A stretch of 64,000 nt of DNA, from assembly GCA_001643675.2 (NCBI GenBank), contig LSRY02000009.1:1674001-1738000 (forward strand), given 5' to 3'. Made by a program: the position numbers and the translations under genes. Under the pieces are notes generated by a model that was given only the letters and a program-made list of their open reading frames with translations, searched no databases and was not told the origin of the DNA. This stretch comes from Monocercomonoides exilis PA203 (Eukaryota; Protista; Preaxostyla). Numbering within the stretch: the stretch's first letter is position 1; the number at the start of each line of letters is the position of its first letter. Shown here in pieces: positions 1 to 12,251 of this stretch.

Positions 1-59
1 TTGTCGATTTCAACTTACAATATTCTATTCTTTTTCAATAACATTATTTGACAATTCTT

Positions 60-365
60 TATTTAAGAACTTGATCGAACATGTATTATTAATATTTTTG
101 TCATGTTTTTAAACCAGCAGACTGAAGTTTTGTTCTGTTAATTGAATTTTCGATATTTTCTTTTATGAATTTTTTAATTCTTTCACGAATTTGAAATAAA
201 AACAATTTGAAATGAATTAAAATCTAAAAATATATAATAACAACTATTTACAAAGCAATATTTTTGCATGATCATCACTTTTATTATTCTTTTTAAAGCA
301 ACCCTTAATGAAAAAATTTTTTGATCAAACGTCGGAAATTTTTATGATATCAAAAAAAATCACCC
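60..365. repeat. Right part of a longer GGGTGA-family (Sola-like) non-autonomous element; uninterrupted paralog of the DIRS target site
   Basis: Colinear with 46360-46602 joined to 51169-51250 (e.g. aaaccagcagactgaagttttgttctg vs aaaccagtgaacttaggttttgttctg). Ends in ...atcaaaaaaaatcaccc followed by ATAT. Confidence 0.75.
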
Positions 366-372
366 ATATTAT

Positions 373-628
373 GGGTGATTATTTTCGAAATCATATTTTT
401 TGTTGCAAAATATTCGATTGGAAAAATTTTCTTGAACATCAAAAAAAGGACACAAAGAAATGAAAAGACTTTCAAATGACATAATCATCTTTATTTCAGT
501 TTTTGGCATTTGTTTTCAAAACAGATTTGATAAATTCAGTATTCGAATACATAATCTCTTTGCAAAGGGAAACAACGTTAGTTAAACAAACACCCCGAAA
601 AAAGTTATGATTTCAAAAATAATCACCC
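373..628. mobile_element. 256-bp MITE with GGGTGATTATTTT TIRs (Sola-like)
   Basis: gggtgattattttcgaaatcata at 373 and tatgatttcaaaaataatcaccc ending 628. Flanks TTAT/ATAT (imperfect 4-bp TSD). Same ends and length as 32970-33225. Confidence 0.85.
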
Positions 629-1249
629 ATATGGTTTCAAAAAAGTGTGATAAAACAATAATGAAAGCTCGTATCTGTCAATGATACTGTTATAAGAGAA
701 TAAATAAATATCTTTTTCGAGTCCAAAATTTCACTCTTTATTTTTCCTTTTCTTCTCCATCTGTAACAATCCAGTCTTTTCGAACTTTTCTTACGATTCA
801 CTTTAGCCACGTTGATCCTCCAGTTCCAGCTTAAGCTCCAGTTGTAATTCATCATTTGCTGCACTATTCCCTTCTCACATATCTTCTTCTGCTTCATATA
901 ATCACTGCAGACGAAACAGAGAAGGATAACAATTACGGAGAAGAGGAAGACATAATGCTGGATAAGCATTCGTAAAAAGAGAAGATGTTGCAGAAATTGA
1001 CAGATATGATAGTTACAACAATTCCCCCAAACTGAGAGCTAGAAAGGCAGATAAAAGAGAAGTGTCAGAAATAGGGAAGGAAAAGAGATAAAAAGAGATC
1101 AGGATTGCTGAAGTGCCTTGTTCAAAGAAGAGTTGATGTTATGAAGCTCAAATTCTTCAAACAACATCATATCTCCCTTTGAAGAACAGGCAACCTAAAG
1201 AAGCGGAGACAGAATGAGCAGAAGATGTGCAGGAAGGGCTTTTCGATAA

Positions 1250-1272
1250 GGGTGATTATTTTTGAAATAATT
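1250..1272. repeat. Orphan TIR of the GGGTGA MITE family
   Basis: gggtgattatttttgaaataat. Only a degenerate possible partner near 1495-1513. Confidence 0.6.
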
Positions 1273-2159
1273 ATTTTTCATTGTTTTTTTTCGGATGCAT
1301 GAGAATTACGAAACAACATATTTAATCAATAAAAACCAAGATGTTAAAACAAAAATCTGTATTTTTTCTAAATATTTGTAAAAAATAAAAAGTGATAGTA
1401 ATTTTCAATAATTATTAATGATCGCAAAATAAATAATACTTTTTTCTTGAAATATGATTTTTTATTGATGTTTTTTTCAGCAAGGAGATACTATTTTCAA
1501 AGAAGTTATCTCTATCAGAGCACATTGAATTATATTTATTTTCAAGAAACTATTTAGGAAACAGTCTTAGCAATTTTGTCTAACTTTTCGAAAAATTACA
1601 TTTCAGAATTGTTTTCAAATGTTTTTGCTTCGTTTAAGCAATTTCTATATATAACGAACAAATATGAATTGAAAGATATCTCTTTCTATTTTTTTGTTGT
1701 TCAAAAATTGTTATTTATCGAAGTTTCGAGAAATAGTAACAAAAACACATGCATGAACACAAACAGCTTTTTTCATATAAATTTATTTGAAAATAATGAA
1801 TATAACTTAATGAGTTTTTCACTAAATTTAATAAAATTTGAGTTTAGAAAAAGTGAGCAAGGAATTGATAGTAATTATTAGAATTGACAAAAATTTAACT
1901 TCAAAAGCAATTGCTTTTGCTAAAGATTTATTGTGAATTCGTCGTTTCAAAATAAATATTATATTATGGAAAGATAAAAAGAGTGACAGAAATTTGAAGA
2001 AAGAGAAAGAATTAGTTTTATATGTTCAAGTTTAACATTTAACTTGCATATGTTGTTCTTTAACAAATTTTCACACTCATCAACACCTATTTATGAATAA
2101 GCTTCCTCAGCGTAATCCTTCTTGTTGATTTCGCATTCTTTATCACTAGAAAGCATTAT

Positions 2160-4007
2160 TTGCTTTCACAATCTTCTCCTCCTCTTGCACCATCCACCCA
2201 CCTTCCCTCAACAACCACCACCACCACCAATGCCCCCTCTTCCTCTCTGCCCATGCCTCCCTCGCCCTCACAAACATCTTTCTCACCACCCACCAACCTT
2301 CCATCTTCTCCTTCCCCCTCTTCTCCACCCCAAACAATCTCCTCCATAATGCCCACTCCCCAATCCCTGCCTCCTTCTCCATCTCCCACTCCTCTTTCTC
2401 CTCCTTCATCTCCCTCATCCAGCCCTTCCTTTTTTCTCCTTCTTCCCTCTCTTCCCCATCCCCTTCTCCATCCCCTTCTCTTTCCCCTTCTCCTTCATCT
2501 TTCTCATCCTCATCCTTCTCCTTCATCTTTCTCATCCTCTTCTTTTTCTTCCCCTTCGATTTCCTCTTCTCCATCCCCTCTCCATATCTATCACCAATCC
2601 CATCCTCACCTCCAAATCCACCTCAATCTCCATCTCTCAAACACCATCTTCTCCAACATCTCATCTCCACAATCCCATCCATCTCTTCCATCCCTTCCTT
2701 CACACTCACTCAATCCTTTCATCTCAACCACTTCTTCCTCTTCTCTCTCTTCAACTTCCGCCAACACCAACACCAATTCAATTCCCTCATTCTCTCTTCA
2801 CTCGTCCCTCTCCATCCACTCATCTATCTTCATACACACTCACAACCCCATCGATGGAACCATCCTCCCTTCCCTCAACAGCCCATCCGCTTCTCTCTCT
2901 GCCTTCAACACCTCTTTCCTCCACCAAACACGCTCTTCATCAAATGCACCTATCGTTCATATTGGAACTGAAACTCAAAGAAAATCACCCGGAAGATTGT
3001 CTTCGTTTGATGTTAACAGCCATAAATTTGAATGGTGTGAATGGAATGATTCAAATGGACAAAATGATTATGGTGGTGCTCTTAAAGTCAACTGCACAAA
3101 TGCCAACCTCACCATCACTTCTTGTTCATTCAACAATTGTTCGATCACAGGTGATTATGCTGGTGGTGCATTATACAGTTTATATTTGTCAAATGTGAAC
3201 ATCGTTAAGTCTAATTTCACAAACTGTTCTGCCACTCGCGGAGGTGCAATTTGCATTGATGGAAGACAATCATCTTCTGCTTATTCATTTTCTGATAACA
3301 GAGTTGAAGGTTGTAAAATAAATGGTACGGTTGGAACTGGTTGGTATTTCTGGCTCAATAATGTGACTTCAACTTGTCAATTCCTGTTATCTAAATGCAA
3401 GTGCATTTCAAACTCAGGTGGTGATGCTGCTGGCTCTCTAACATTTAATTGGCCTCCAAGCAACAAACCAATTCAGTTTTTGGTTGATGATTGCCAATTT
3501 GTAAATAATGAATTGACATCAACTTCATCTACACGCGGCGGAGCTGGTATTTATTTGGATGCAACCTTCACTTGGATGAATGGAATAAAATTCATCACAT
3601 TCTGTTTCTTCGATGGAAACACTGCCAAAAATGGCAGAGGGAATGATGCATTCTTCAGTGGCAATGCCATCACTCAATCTCCGTTTGAAAATTGTGGTTC
3701 AACAATCCCGGCAAAAAGAGTGTATAATAATGGACAAGATGATAACCCTGTATTCAATGGCTGGCTCCCCCTCGTTGCCCAGAACAAAATCGTTGCCAGC
3801 AATGGAACTGATGCTGATGCCTGTGGCAGACCCCAACAGACCCCATGCGCCACCATCGAGTATGCCCTCACTGGCTTCATTTCCCTCCTCCAAGACGCCT
3901 CCATCACCCTCCTCACCTCAACATTTGTTCCTCTTCAAACACTCTCTTTCAGCGCGGTTGACACAAAAATCACTGGAAATGATAAACTTTATCTGATTCT
4001 CATATAA
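2160..4007 (+). pseudogene. 3'-truncated member of the expanded Cys/Ser-rich right-handed beta-helix-like (GGA-motif) surface protein family
   Basis: 615-aa ORF: Ser/Pro low-complexity N-terminus, then FEWCEWN, repeated GGA(L/I) and 'CxFxNC' motifs, and GTDADACG..PCATIEYA. Homology to 13830-15610 stops abruptly after KITGN. Confidence 0.7.
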
Positions 4008-4699
4008 ATTCTTCCATTTATTAATTTTGAGCATTTTTTCATATCAGAGAAATATCCTACACCTATCATCTTCTTTTCACCAGAAGTTTATTTTTTTCAA
4101 TCTATCTTTAATCTCCGCTCATATAAAACCATTTCTTCGTCATTTCTTCCTCTATTTTCTCCTTTTCATCAAATATGAATTGAGCTCAAGAAAAAAGATT
4201 CATCGCTTTCATCTCTTCAAATATGATTTCTTCAAGCATATCAGCATGTTCTAAATTTTCCTTTTCTTTTCATTTTCAACAATTTGCTCCTGTTTCGTAT
4301 CTGTGTAATCTGCAGAAGACTATTTAGGAACACATCCATTTCATAAATGAATTGCTTCAATACCATTTCCTTTTCACTTCAGATGCTTGATCATAAAAAT
4401 AAAAAAAGTCAGATTCGATCTCCGTTTTCTGTTGAATGCCTGATGATAGTCTATTCTCTGCAAAAAGTTACTTCCATTTCGTTGTCTCATAATTTCTGCT
4501 GATATTCATTATTTGAATAAATATTTCTTTCGTCTTTCTGAGTAAGAATGAAAGACAAAGTCTGGTACTGAATTTGATGAGAATTTGAATGAAATGGAAA
4601 TCACAACATATATTTTTCACTTATTGAAGATGGTGCTGAAGAAGAAGATACAATGAAATGAAATCAATTCGTCCAAAAAGCCTTTTTTCATCATGAGAA

Positions 4700-7600
4700 T
4701 AATGAATGAAAAATGAAATAAGATGCGCTCAACAATTGATCAGTCGAGATGAAGGGAAGAAAATGAAGCAATTTTCTGTTAAATTTAGCATCTCTGCTGA
4801 TTTGGATGAATGAATGCATCAGAAGGTCAATTGCCGATCGAGAAGGAAGTGAGATGAATATTGCAAAAACAATGCAGAAGTTGAAGAACACCAAAAAGGA
4901 AGAAAAAAAGGCGGAAACGAAGGAGAAAAAGATTAAGATCACAACGAAGAAGACGAAGAAGAAGGCAAAGAAGAAGAAGTGAAATATGTGTAATACAGTC
5001 CAAAGGCAGAGGAAGACTGGATTGTTTGAGTGAATGAATCGGACGAGGATGCAGAAAGCAGTGAAGAAGAACAAGAAACAGAAGAAGAAGAAGAAGAAGA
5101 AAGAAGAAGAAAAGAAGGCATTGAAGATAATCTTGCTTGTTTTGATGTTGAAATTGGAGATAAACTGGACGAGAAAGAAGGAAGAAGGAAGAAGGAAGAA
5201 GATGAAGATTTCGGAGAAATTGAACCCATCAAAGAAATACAATCAATATTTCCGTTTCTGCTTTTCCCTTTCCTCCTTCACAGTCCAATCATCAGCCATC
5301 AATCCAATTTTCTCCTTCTCCTTCCTCTTCTCTGAATATTCTTCTTCTTCTTTTCCTTCTTCACATTTGAATTGCTCTTCTGCTATTTCTCTGCTCCTTT
5401 TTCTTTCTCATCTCATTTTGATCCATTTTCTTTTTCATTTCTCAACTCTCCCAAAAAAATCAACATTGCTCATCAGATAGCAAACATTTTGATGTGGCTG
5501 AGTCAAATGAAGATAATCATCCGAATGGAGACATGAAACAGACTGTGATTGAAGATGACGATGAGAAGGAAGATGATGTTGATGGAGGAGAAAGTGACGA
5601 TATCCATAATGGTGATGAAAATGCTGAGGAAAATTAAAGCGAAGATGATGAAGAGGAGGAAGAGGAAGAGGAGGAAGAGGTAGCGTGTCTGAAGAGTGTG
5701 GAGGCTGAGAAGGCATTTGCACACAAGAGCAATCAGAGCCTTTACAAGTGCTCCAAAAGGGGGATCTTCGACAGAATCGGCGTGTGGGAGACACTCTCAA
5801 ATTGTGTGTGTAATCAGACAGAAACAATTGCAATCACAATCACAATCACTCGAATTCAGATTGATATATGATATGTGAAGAGGAATATGAAGAAGAAGAA
5901 GAAGATGATGATGATAAAGGAATTTGTTTGCATTCTTCTTGTTGCATCGTGACAGAAGCATTGCTGCTTGGATGCTCAAAATGAGGCTGACTCCCAACAT
6001 TCAATGAATTTGAAGCGGATGAATGATGTGAATCTGAAGTGATATAGATTGAGGTTGTGATGAACGAGCATCATCCTTATTCTCTTTCTCATTCACTTTC
6101 ACATTGTTCCGAATGTTATCATTGTAACAAAAAAGATGATGCTTTGCTGCTCCTCTCTTCCCTTCCCCGCCTTCTTCCCTCTGTTCTCCCAATGGCTGCA
6201 GAAGAGGCAGCGTTTCTTCCCCACAAAATGTCCCAGGCAACTTTTCTGGCTCGCCAAATGTGTCATGTAATTCATCCCCAGACATCTTCTTTAACTGCTT
6301 TTGATGAATGCGAATCTTTGGCTTTTGAGGATACGGAAATGCTTTATTGTGTGTGTCTTTCTCCAATCCCTTATTATCTCTTTCTTCTTCTTCTTCCTCC
6401 AAATCAATCAAACCACCCTCTCTCCCTGACTCCTCATTCATCCCCAAACCATTCGCAGACATTTCCACCTGTTCCACATCTTTTCTCACCCCCTCTGAAC
6501 TTCCATCTGAAGTTATGCCCAAAGACCCATCTGCTGCTTCTTCTGCTGCTCTTCTGTTCTCCTGTTGAATGCCATTGGATGGAGAAGAACTGCACACTTC
6601 TGGTTCCACTGAATACAATTTTTCCGCCTCAGTCTCTGCCTTCACAAACCTCAACCCACTCAGCCCAAGCGCCTCCACAACCAGCAGAGCCATCGCTTCT
6701 TCCAGCTTCCCTTGTTCTCTTTGATTCTCTCCACAAACTCTCTGTGTGCTGTCGGATATCCGCCTTTTTCCTCATTCCCATCACCTTCCTCTCTCCCTCC
6801 ATCTTCTTTTCCCTCTTCTTCTCCCTTTTATCCTCCCTCTTTGCTCCCCTTTCTCCTTCCTCTGCCACTTCCTGCTCCTCCAGCACATCCAGAGCAATCG
6901 CTGCTGGAGACAGAACCACATCCCCCATCCTCAGCCCCGCAGCATCCAACCCTTTCTCCACAATCTCCCCCACTTCACACACTGCAATCCCTCGCCCCAT
7001 CACTTCATCTTTCAACTTCTCCACCAAATATTTCAACTGAAACGATCGCCATATTTGCATTGAAGGGTCAAACAGATCGTTGATCGACGGGAACGTATTC
7101 ATGCAGCTGACACAAAGATCCGCTTGCTCCCCGACTTCGCGCCCACCGATGCTGCAAGCGACGGAAGCTGCGCCACCAGCGTAACCGAAAGCATCGCTGA
7201 AAGCGCCACATCGTGTGCACACAACACCCCCATACAGCACAGCCCGCCGCGCCACAACATATCCCAGCAGCGTCTGTTGCTCCATCAGGAACGACTATCT
7301 GTGATTTTCATACACCCCAGCCGCCTATTGCACCACAATCCGCAGCCACCTCTCGATGTCATCCATCACTCCTGCAGACGTGTATGATGACGCCACCGCG
7401 GAGGTGTCAGAACTGTCAACTGCAAGTGCTGAAATGATGTTGATAAGAATTATGGCTTTTCACCTTTTCCCTTCTTCTTCTCTTTGCTTCCTCATATCTT
7501 TTATGGAGACCCAGGTTTTCATGCTTCTTCATGTTGTGTTGAATGTTGAAGAAGGAATGGAAGGAACGGATGAAGGATGAATTGTGTACGTTGGAGTCGA

Positions 7601-7800
7601 AATAGAAAGAGAAGGAGAAAGGAGAAAGGAAGAAGCAGCACTTGTGTCACATTGAAGAGATGAAGAAAAAGGAAAAATGGAAGAGAAAGATGAAAAATTA
7701 GAGATAGAAAAGAAAGAAAAGGAGAAAGAAAGAAAGAAGAAGAGCAGGAGTGAATGAATGAGATAAAAAATCTTCATTTGGGGAAGAGAAAAAAAAGATA
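4700..7800. other. Decayed coding-like fragments and Glu/Lys-rich GAA microsatellites
   Basis: Many short overlapping ORFs in purine/pyrimidine-skewed DNA. Higher-GC coding-like stretch 6629-7285 (minus). No domain recognised. Confidence 0.35.
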
Positions 7801-7828
7801 TCAAAAAGCTGGATGTTATTATTATTAT

Positions 7829-10800
7829 GGGTGAAAATTTTTGAAAAATCACTCTTTTTTAGCCTGATCTTTCCCACAAAAAATCAGAATTTCATTTTTG
7901 TTAACCTTTATTTATTCAGAAATAATTTTTGCACTCTTTTTTTCTCTTTGGAAGAGTTTGACGTTTTATTATTTACAAAATTCTTTGTTAACACTAACTG
8001 ATAAATACAAAAACTTAAGTTCAATCGTATTTTTTCGTGTTATTAACCTACAACGTATTCAACTTAAATTTTCCTTTGAAACTTTTTCAATGAAACGAGT
8101 TTCACTTATATAACATTTGAGTTATAACAATCATTATTAATAATATCTAATTTGTGAATGTATTAATTTTATATTAGCTTTATATCCGGAGATTTTATAA
8201 AGTTTGACTTAACACTTTTTCGACTTTTTCACTTTCAATGAATCCCAAAATACACAATAATAATTTAAAAGAACTCATTAACATATTTATTGAAAAGCAT
8301 TGGAAGATTGTTGTTCATTTCAGCAAAAACTAAAAAGAATTTTTATATGATACAAAAATTATTATTTATCTTAAAGATAAATACAGAAAAGGAAGTGTGA
8401 ATGAATTATTAGTTTTTTCATCTCTTATCATTCATATAGCTGTTGACTTCTTCGTTTTTTTTCTCTTTTCTCATCTTCTTCAATACGTTCAGCTCACAGA
8501 TCAGCTTTGTCATTATGAAGGCGAAGAAGCGGAGAGATCAAGGTGGTTGATGTGTTTGTGAATTTATCAGGATAATCATCTGCTCCTGCGGTTGACACTT
8601 CGGATGCCTCAGCGACATTGGTATTCACATCGGTAGCATCGATCAACAGCATCGAGAGACAACAGAGGATTGTGGTGTCTGATGCAGCTGAAGTGGATGC
8701 AAACACAAGAAGCTGTTTCTGAGAGTGCTTCAGACGCAGAGGGGTTATATTGTGCGCTTTCTGCAATGCTTTTTGGTACTCCAGTTACACTGTTTCTGTC
8801 GCTTGCAGTGACGGCAGGCACGTAGTTATGGAGCAAGCGGATCTTTGCGGGGTGAATGATAATGATCATTCTTCAATTTATTGTCAGTTTGCTACATCGC
8901 TGATGCTATATGTAAAGGGGCGGCTGATGTCACAACCACTGCAATAAAGGCTTGCAGATGCGAAATTAATTGATGAAGTGATGGTGTGAAGGGCTGCAGT
9001 GAATGAAGTGGAGGAGAGGAGGAGGTGAAGGTGCTGGAGGTGGAGGGGCCGGGAATGGATTGTGAAGTTTTGAAGTCTGCAGCAATTGCACTTGCAGTAC
9101 CGGAGGAAGGAGAAAATGTATTCGGAATTTTTCACGCTGCTGCAAAAGTTCCGATGAAATGAGAGGATATTGAAGCAGATGAGCGGGCGGGGAGAGCATC
9201 TGCTTGAGAAGGATGAAACAGTCCGGATGAAAAAGATGAAGATTTTGTGACAAAGCTTGAAGTTCAAGGCAGTGGTGAAGGAGCTGCATGAGTAGCTGTC
9301 AGTGATGAAGGAGAAAGAGGAGCGAATGGATGAAGGGACTGAGAAGGTGAATAAGCGCTGAATAAAGCTGGGAGTGCAGGTGAGTGGTGAAAGCGAGATT
9401 AAGCTGGAGAACTTGTGGTTTCCGCTTTCCATTCCATCTTTCTAGCTTTTATATGTCGCGGGAAGGTTACGTCTTCGTTTTCATTAATTCTGCTGTTTGA
9501 TCTGTGTTCAAGGTTCAACGAGAAGTTTGCAGCGAACATCGGGAATGGAATAGTTTTTTTGCTTGGGCAGGACATCAGTTGGAATGAGGTTGTTGTGGCA
9601 GTTGGAAACAAGGTGAGTGTTGTGGGAGGAGCAAACATCGGTGAGTGAAAGAGTGTTTGTGGCTGTGGAAGAGCTGATGCAACTGAACGGTCGAAGATTA
9701 GCAAAATGCAGAAGGAAACGAAGATGCTGATTGCTCTGTCATAATGCAGGAGCAGGCTACAAGCGTGCAGAAGGTGCTTTTCATGAATGTTATTGCAAAG
9801 CAGCAGATGGAGTTTGCGTTTTAAAGAAGCTGGAGCAGAAGAAAATGAATGCATTGTTAGAAGTTCCCGTGCAGCTGCTGCTGACTCCACATAAGAAGGT
9901 GCAACAACCTTCGCTAATGCAGATGCTGTCAACGATCATGAAGAATATGCGGAGACAAGATCGCAGCTGACCTTTGCAAGAGTTGAGATTCCAAGTCAGG
10001 AGTTTGAGAACTTTGCATGCATGTGCATAGGGAAGTGCGCAGCTCAGAAGAAGAGTGAGGTGGACTTGTGGACGATTGTCTACGGAATGGAGCTGTTCTG
10101 GAAGGACTTTGTGGAGGTGTGCCTGTTAGGGAAGTTTGTGCAGGAGGAGTTCACGGTAAACGCGCTGCCGTTCTTCAAGTACTTCTATTCGATGTTGTTT
10201 TGCATGCTGCCGTAGGAAAAAGGTGAGGAAGAGCTATCTATGTTTCTAGTGTTTTTGCAGAACTTCTATCTGGAAGAAGCAGCGAAGCGGAAAGAGGAGT
10301 AAAGGTTCTGCATGATACCAAATGTTAAGAAAATGCATCGATTTCTTCGTCTTCACCTTCGTTATCGGGCGTGACAAGTTGAGGCATCTCATATTCTGAG
10401 ATTGAGCCTCTTCTCTCTGTGTGTTATCCACAGATACCACAGGCATTGTCGCTTCAGATCTTTGGTGATGAGAACCTGCAGCCGCTGCGCTGTGTGCGGT
10501 CGTTTGCTTTGTGCTGGAGGCAGGCCAGCGCAATGGCTTTTTCACACTGTATCTGATTCATTCAGATTTTTGAGAAGCTGCCAACTACAGATCTCCTTTA
10601 TTCCTGTCACAGAACAGCGTATTTGTGAAGACGATTAGCCGGTGCTGGATGATCAGGTGCATGTGCTTTCGTGGGTCTCAGAGGGGACAGGAATGAATCG
10701 AAGTGTTGATGCTGGTGCAGCTCGTGGGGAGGCAGCTGCAGAGCGAACGAGATGGGACGACCAATCTGCTTTGGGGGTGCTGCTGGGGAACGGGAAGCGT

Positions 10801-12251
10801 ATGCAGCTGCTTCGCAATCCGATGGCACAACAGAGCGAAGGAGGGGGAAAGGAGTCAATGTGTTGTCATGCATCAGCAGCATCTGCTTCTTCGGCACAGA
10901 ACAAACATCTTCTGTATTGCAAAGAATTGGCAACAAACAATATGCTGCCGTCCTTTGGGTGTGCACCGGGCATGAATGATCCTTCCATTTCTTCTCCTTC
11001 ATTTTCATCGGAGTTATCATTTCCATCGCAATCGCCTCTTTTCCATCTTCTTCTTTTCATTCTTCTTCTTCTTCTTTCTTTTTTTCCTTTCTCTTGACTT
11101 TCCTTCAAACGCCCCTCAAATTTCTATTTTCATTTTTCATATTTTCTTTCTTTTCATTCATATCATCTCTTTCATTCAAATTTCTTATGAACATATTTTT
11201 CTTCTAAATTATTTGTCAAATTTCTTCTTTTGTCATTTCATCAACTTCTATTTCCCTCTTTTTGCTTTTAACAAGACTCGCCCGACACGTCATCCAAAAC
11301 CATCAAAGGCCTGCTCTTCTATTCGCTTCAATTTTTGCTCCTTCTCATTCCACCAAACACTCTCCAATCATAATCCCCAGATTTCTTAAAGGCGCCAAAT
11401 ATGCTCTTTTTCCATATTCCTTGTTCATTCATCAAAATTGTGCACTCTTGCAAAGATTCCAGTTTCAACAAAAATAATAACAAACGATGAAATTAAAAAT
11501 AATCATAACAAGCAAACATATTCTTTTTATAATGATCATTCTTCACAAACTTTCTTCTTCTTCTTCAATTATTTCTCCGTTTTGCCAACAAAACCCATCT
11601 GTCTCGTCTTCGTTTCCTTTTTGCTTCCTCAAAATAATTATTTAACAGCCAAAACCCAATTCTGCTTCCACTCAAATAACCTTCACAAATTCCATTCTTA
11701 AAAAAAAATTGAGGATGAGTAGGATGAAGAAGAAGATAATGAATTCGAACTCTTCAGTTAATTGTTGTTGCATATTTTCATGTTTGGGATGCAGGCTATT
11801 GGTGAAAAATTCTTGAATCCATCATAACAGTTTGCTTATCTGCAATATAAATAAATAGTGAAAGCAAATGATGAACGACAAAAAAAAATCAAGCCATCTG
11901 AAATATACAAAATGAGAATGTTTCAAATTAAAATTAACTGAAACATTCTTAAATTACCACGTTCCGAAATTTCACTTTGTTTTTTTAAAAGAATAACGGA
12001 CAGTTATTCTACGAAAATCTATCTCTTCTTGCATGTGTCAATTTCAATAAATATTGAATTTGTTCTGATCCGAAAATACAATAAAAAACAAGCTGTTCAA
12101 ATTAGCGATAAACATGATTCTATTGTTTGTATATTTTGTTTGTTCTACGAATTTTCACTTTTGAAGGCTGAACTTGGAAATATTTTTTTTTTAATTAATA
12201 ATAATGGATTGAATTTTTTGATCTGTGGTGATTTTTCAAAAATTTTCACCC
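7829..12251. mobile_element. 4.4-kb segment bounded by perfect 24-bp TIRs (Sola-like ends) enclosing decayed gene fragments
   Basis: GGGTGAAAATTTTTGAAAAATCAC at 7829-7852 and its exact reverse complement at 12228-12251. Flanks TTAT/ATAT. Ends related to the MITE TIR. No transposase inside. Confidence 0.65.

Noticed and set aside
2122-2574. Numerous overlapping short ORFs here and at 4691-7063 and 53124-56198
   Set aside because: Shadow or antisense frames of low-complexity or real coding sequence.
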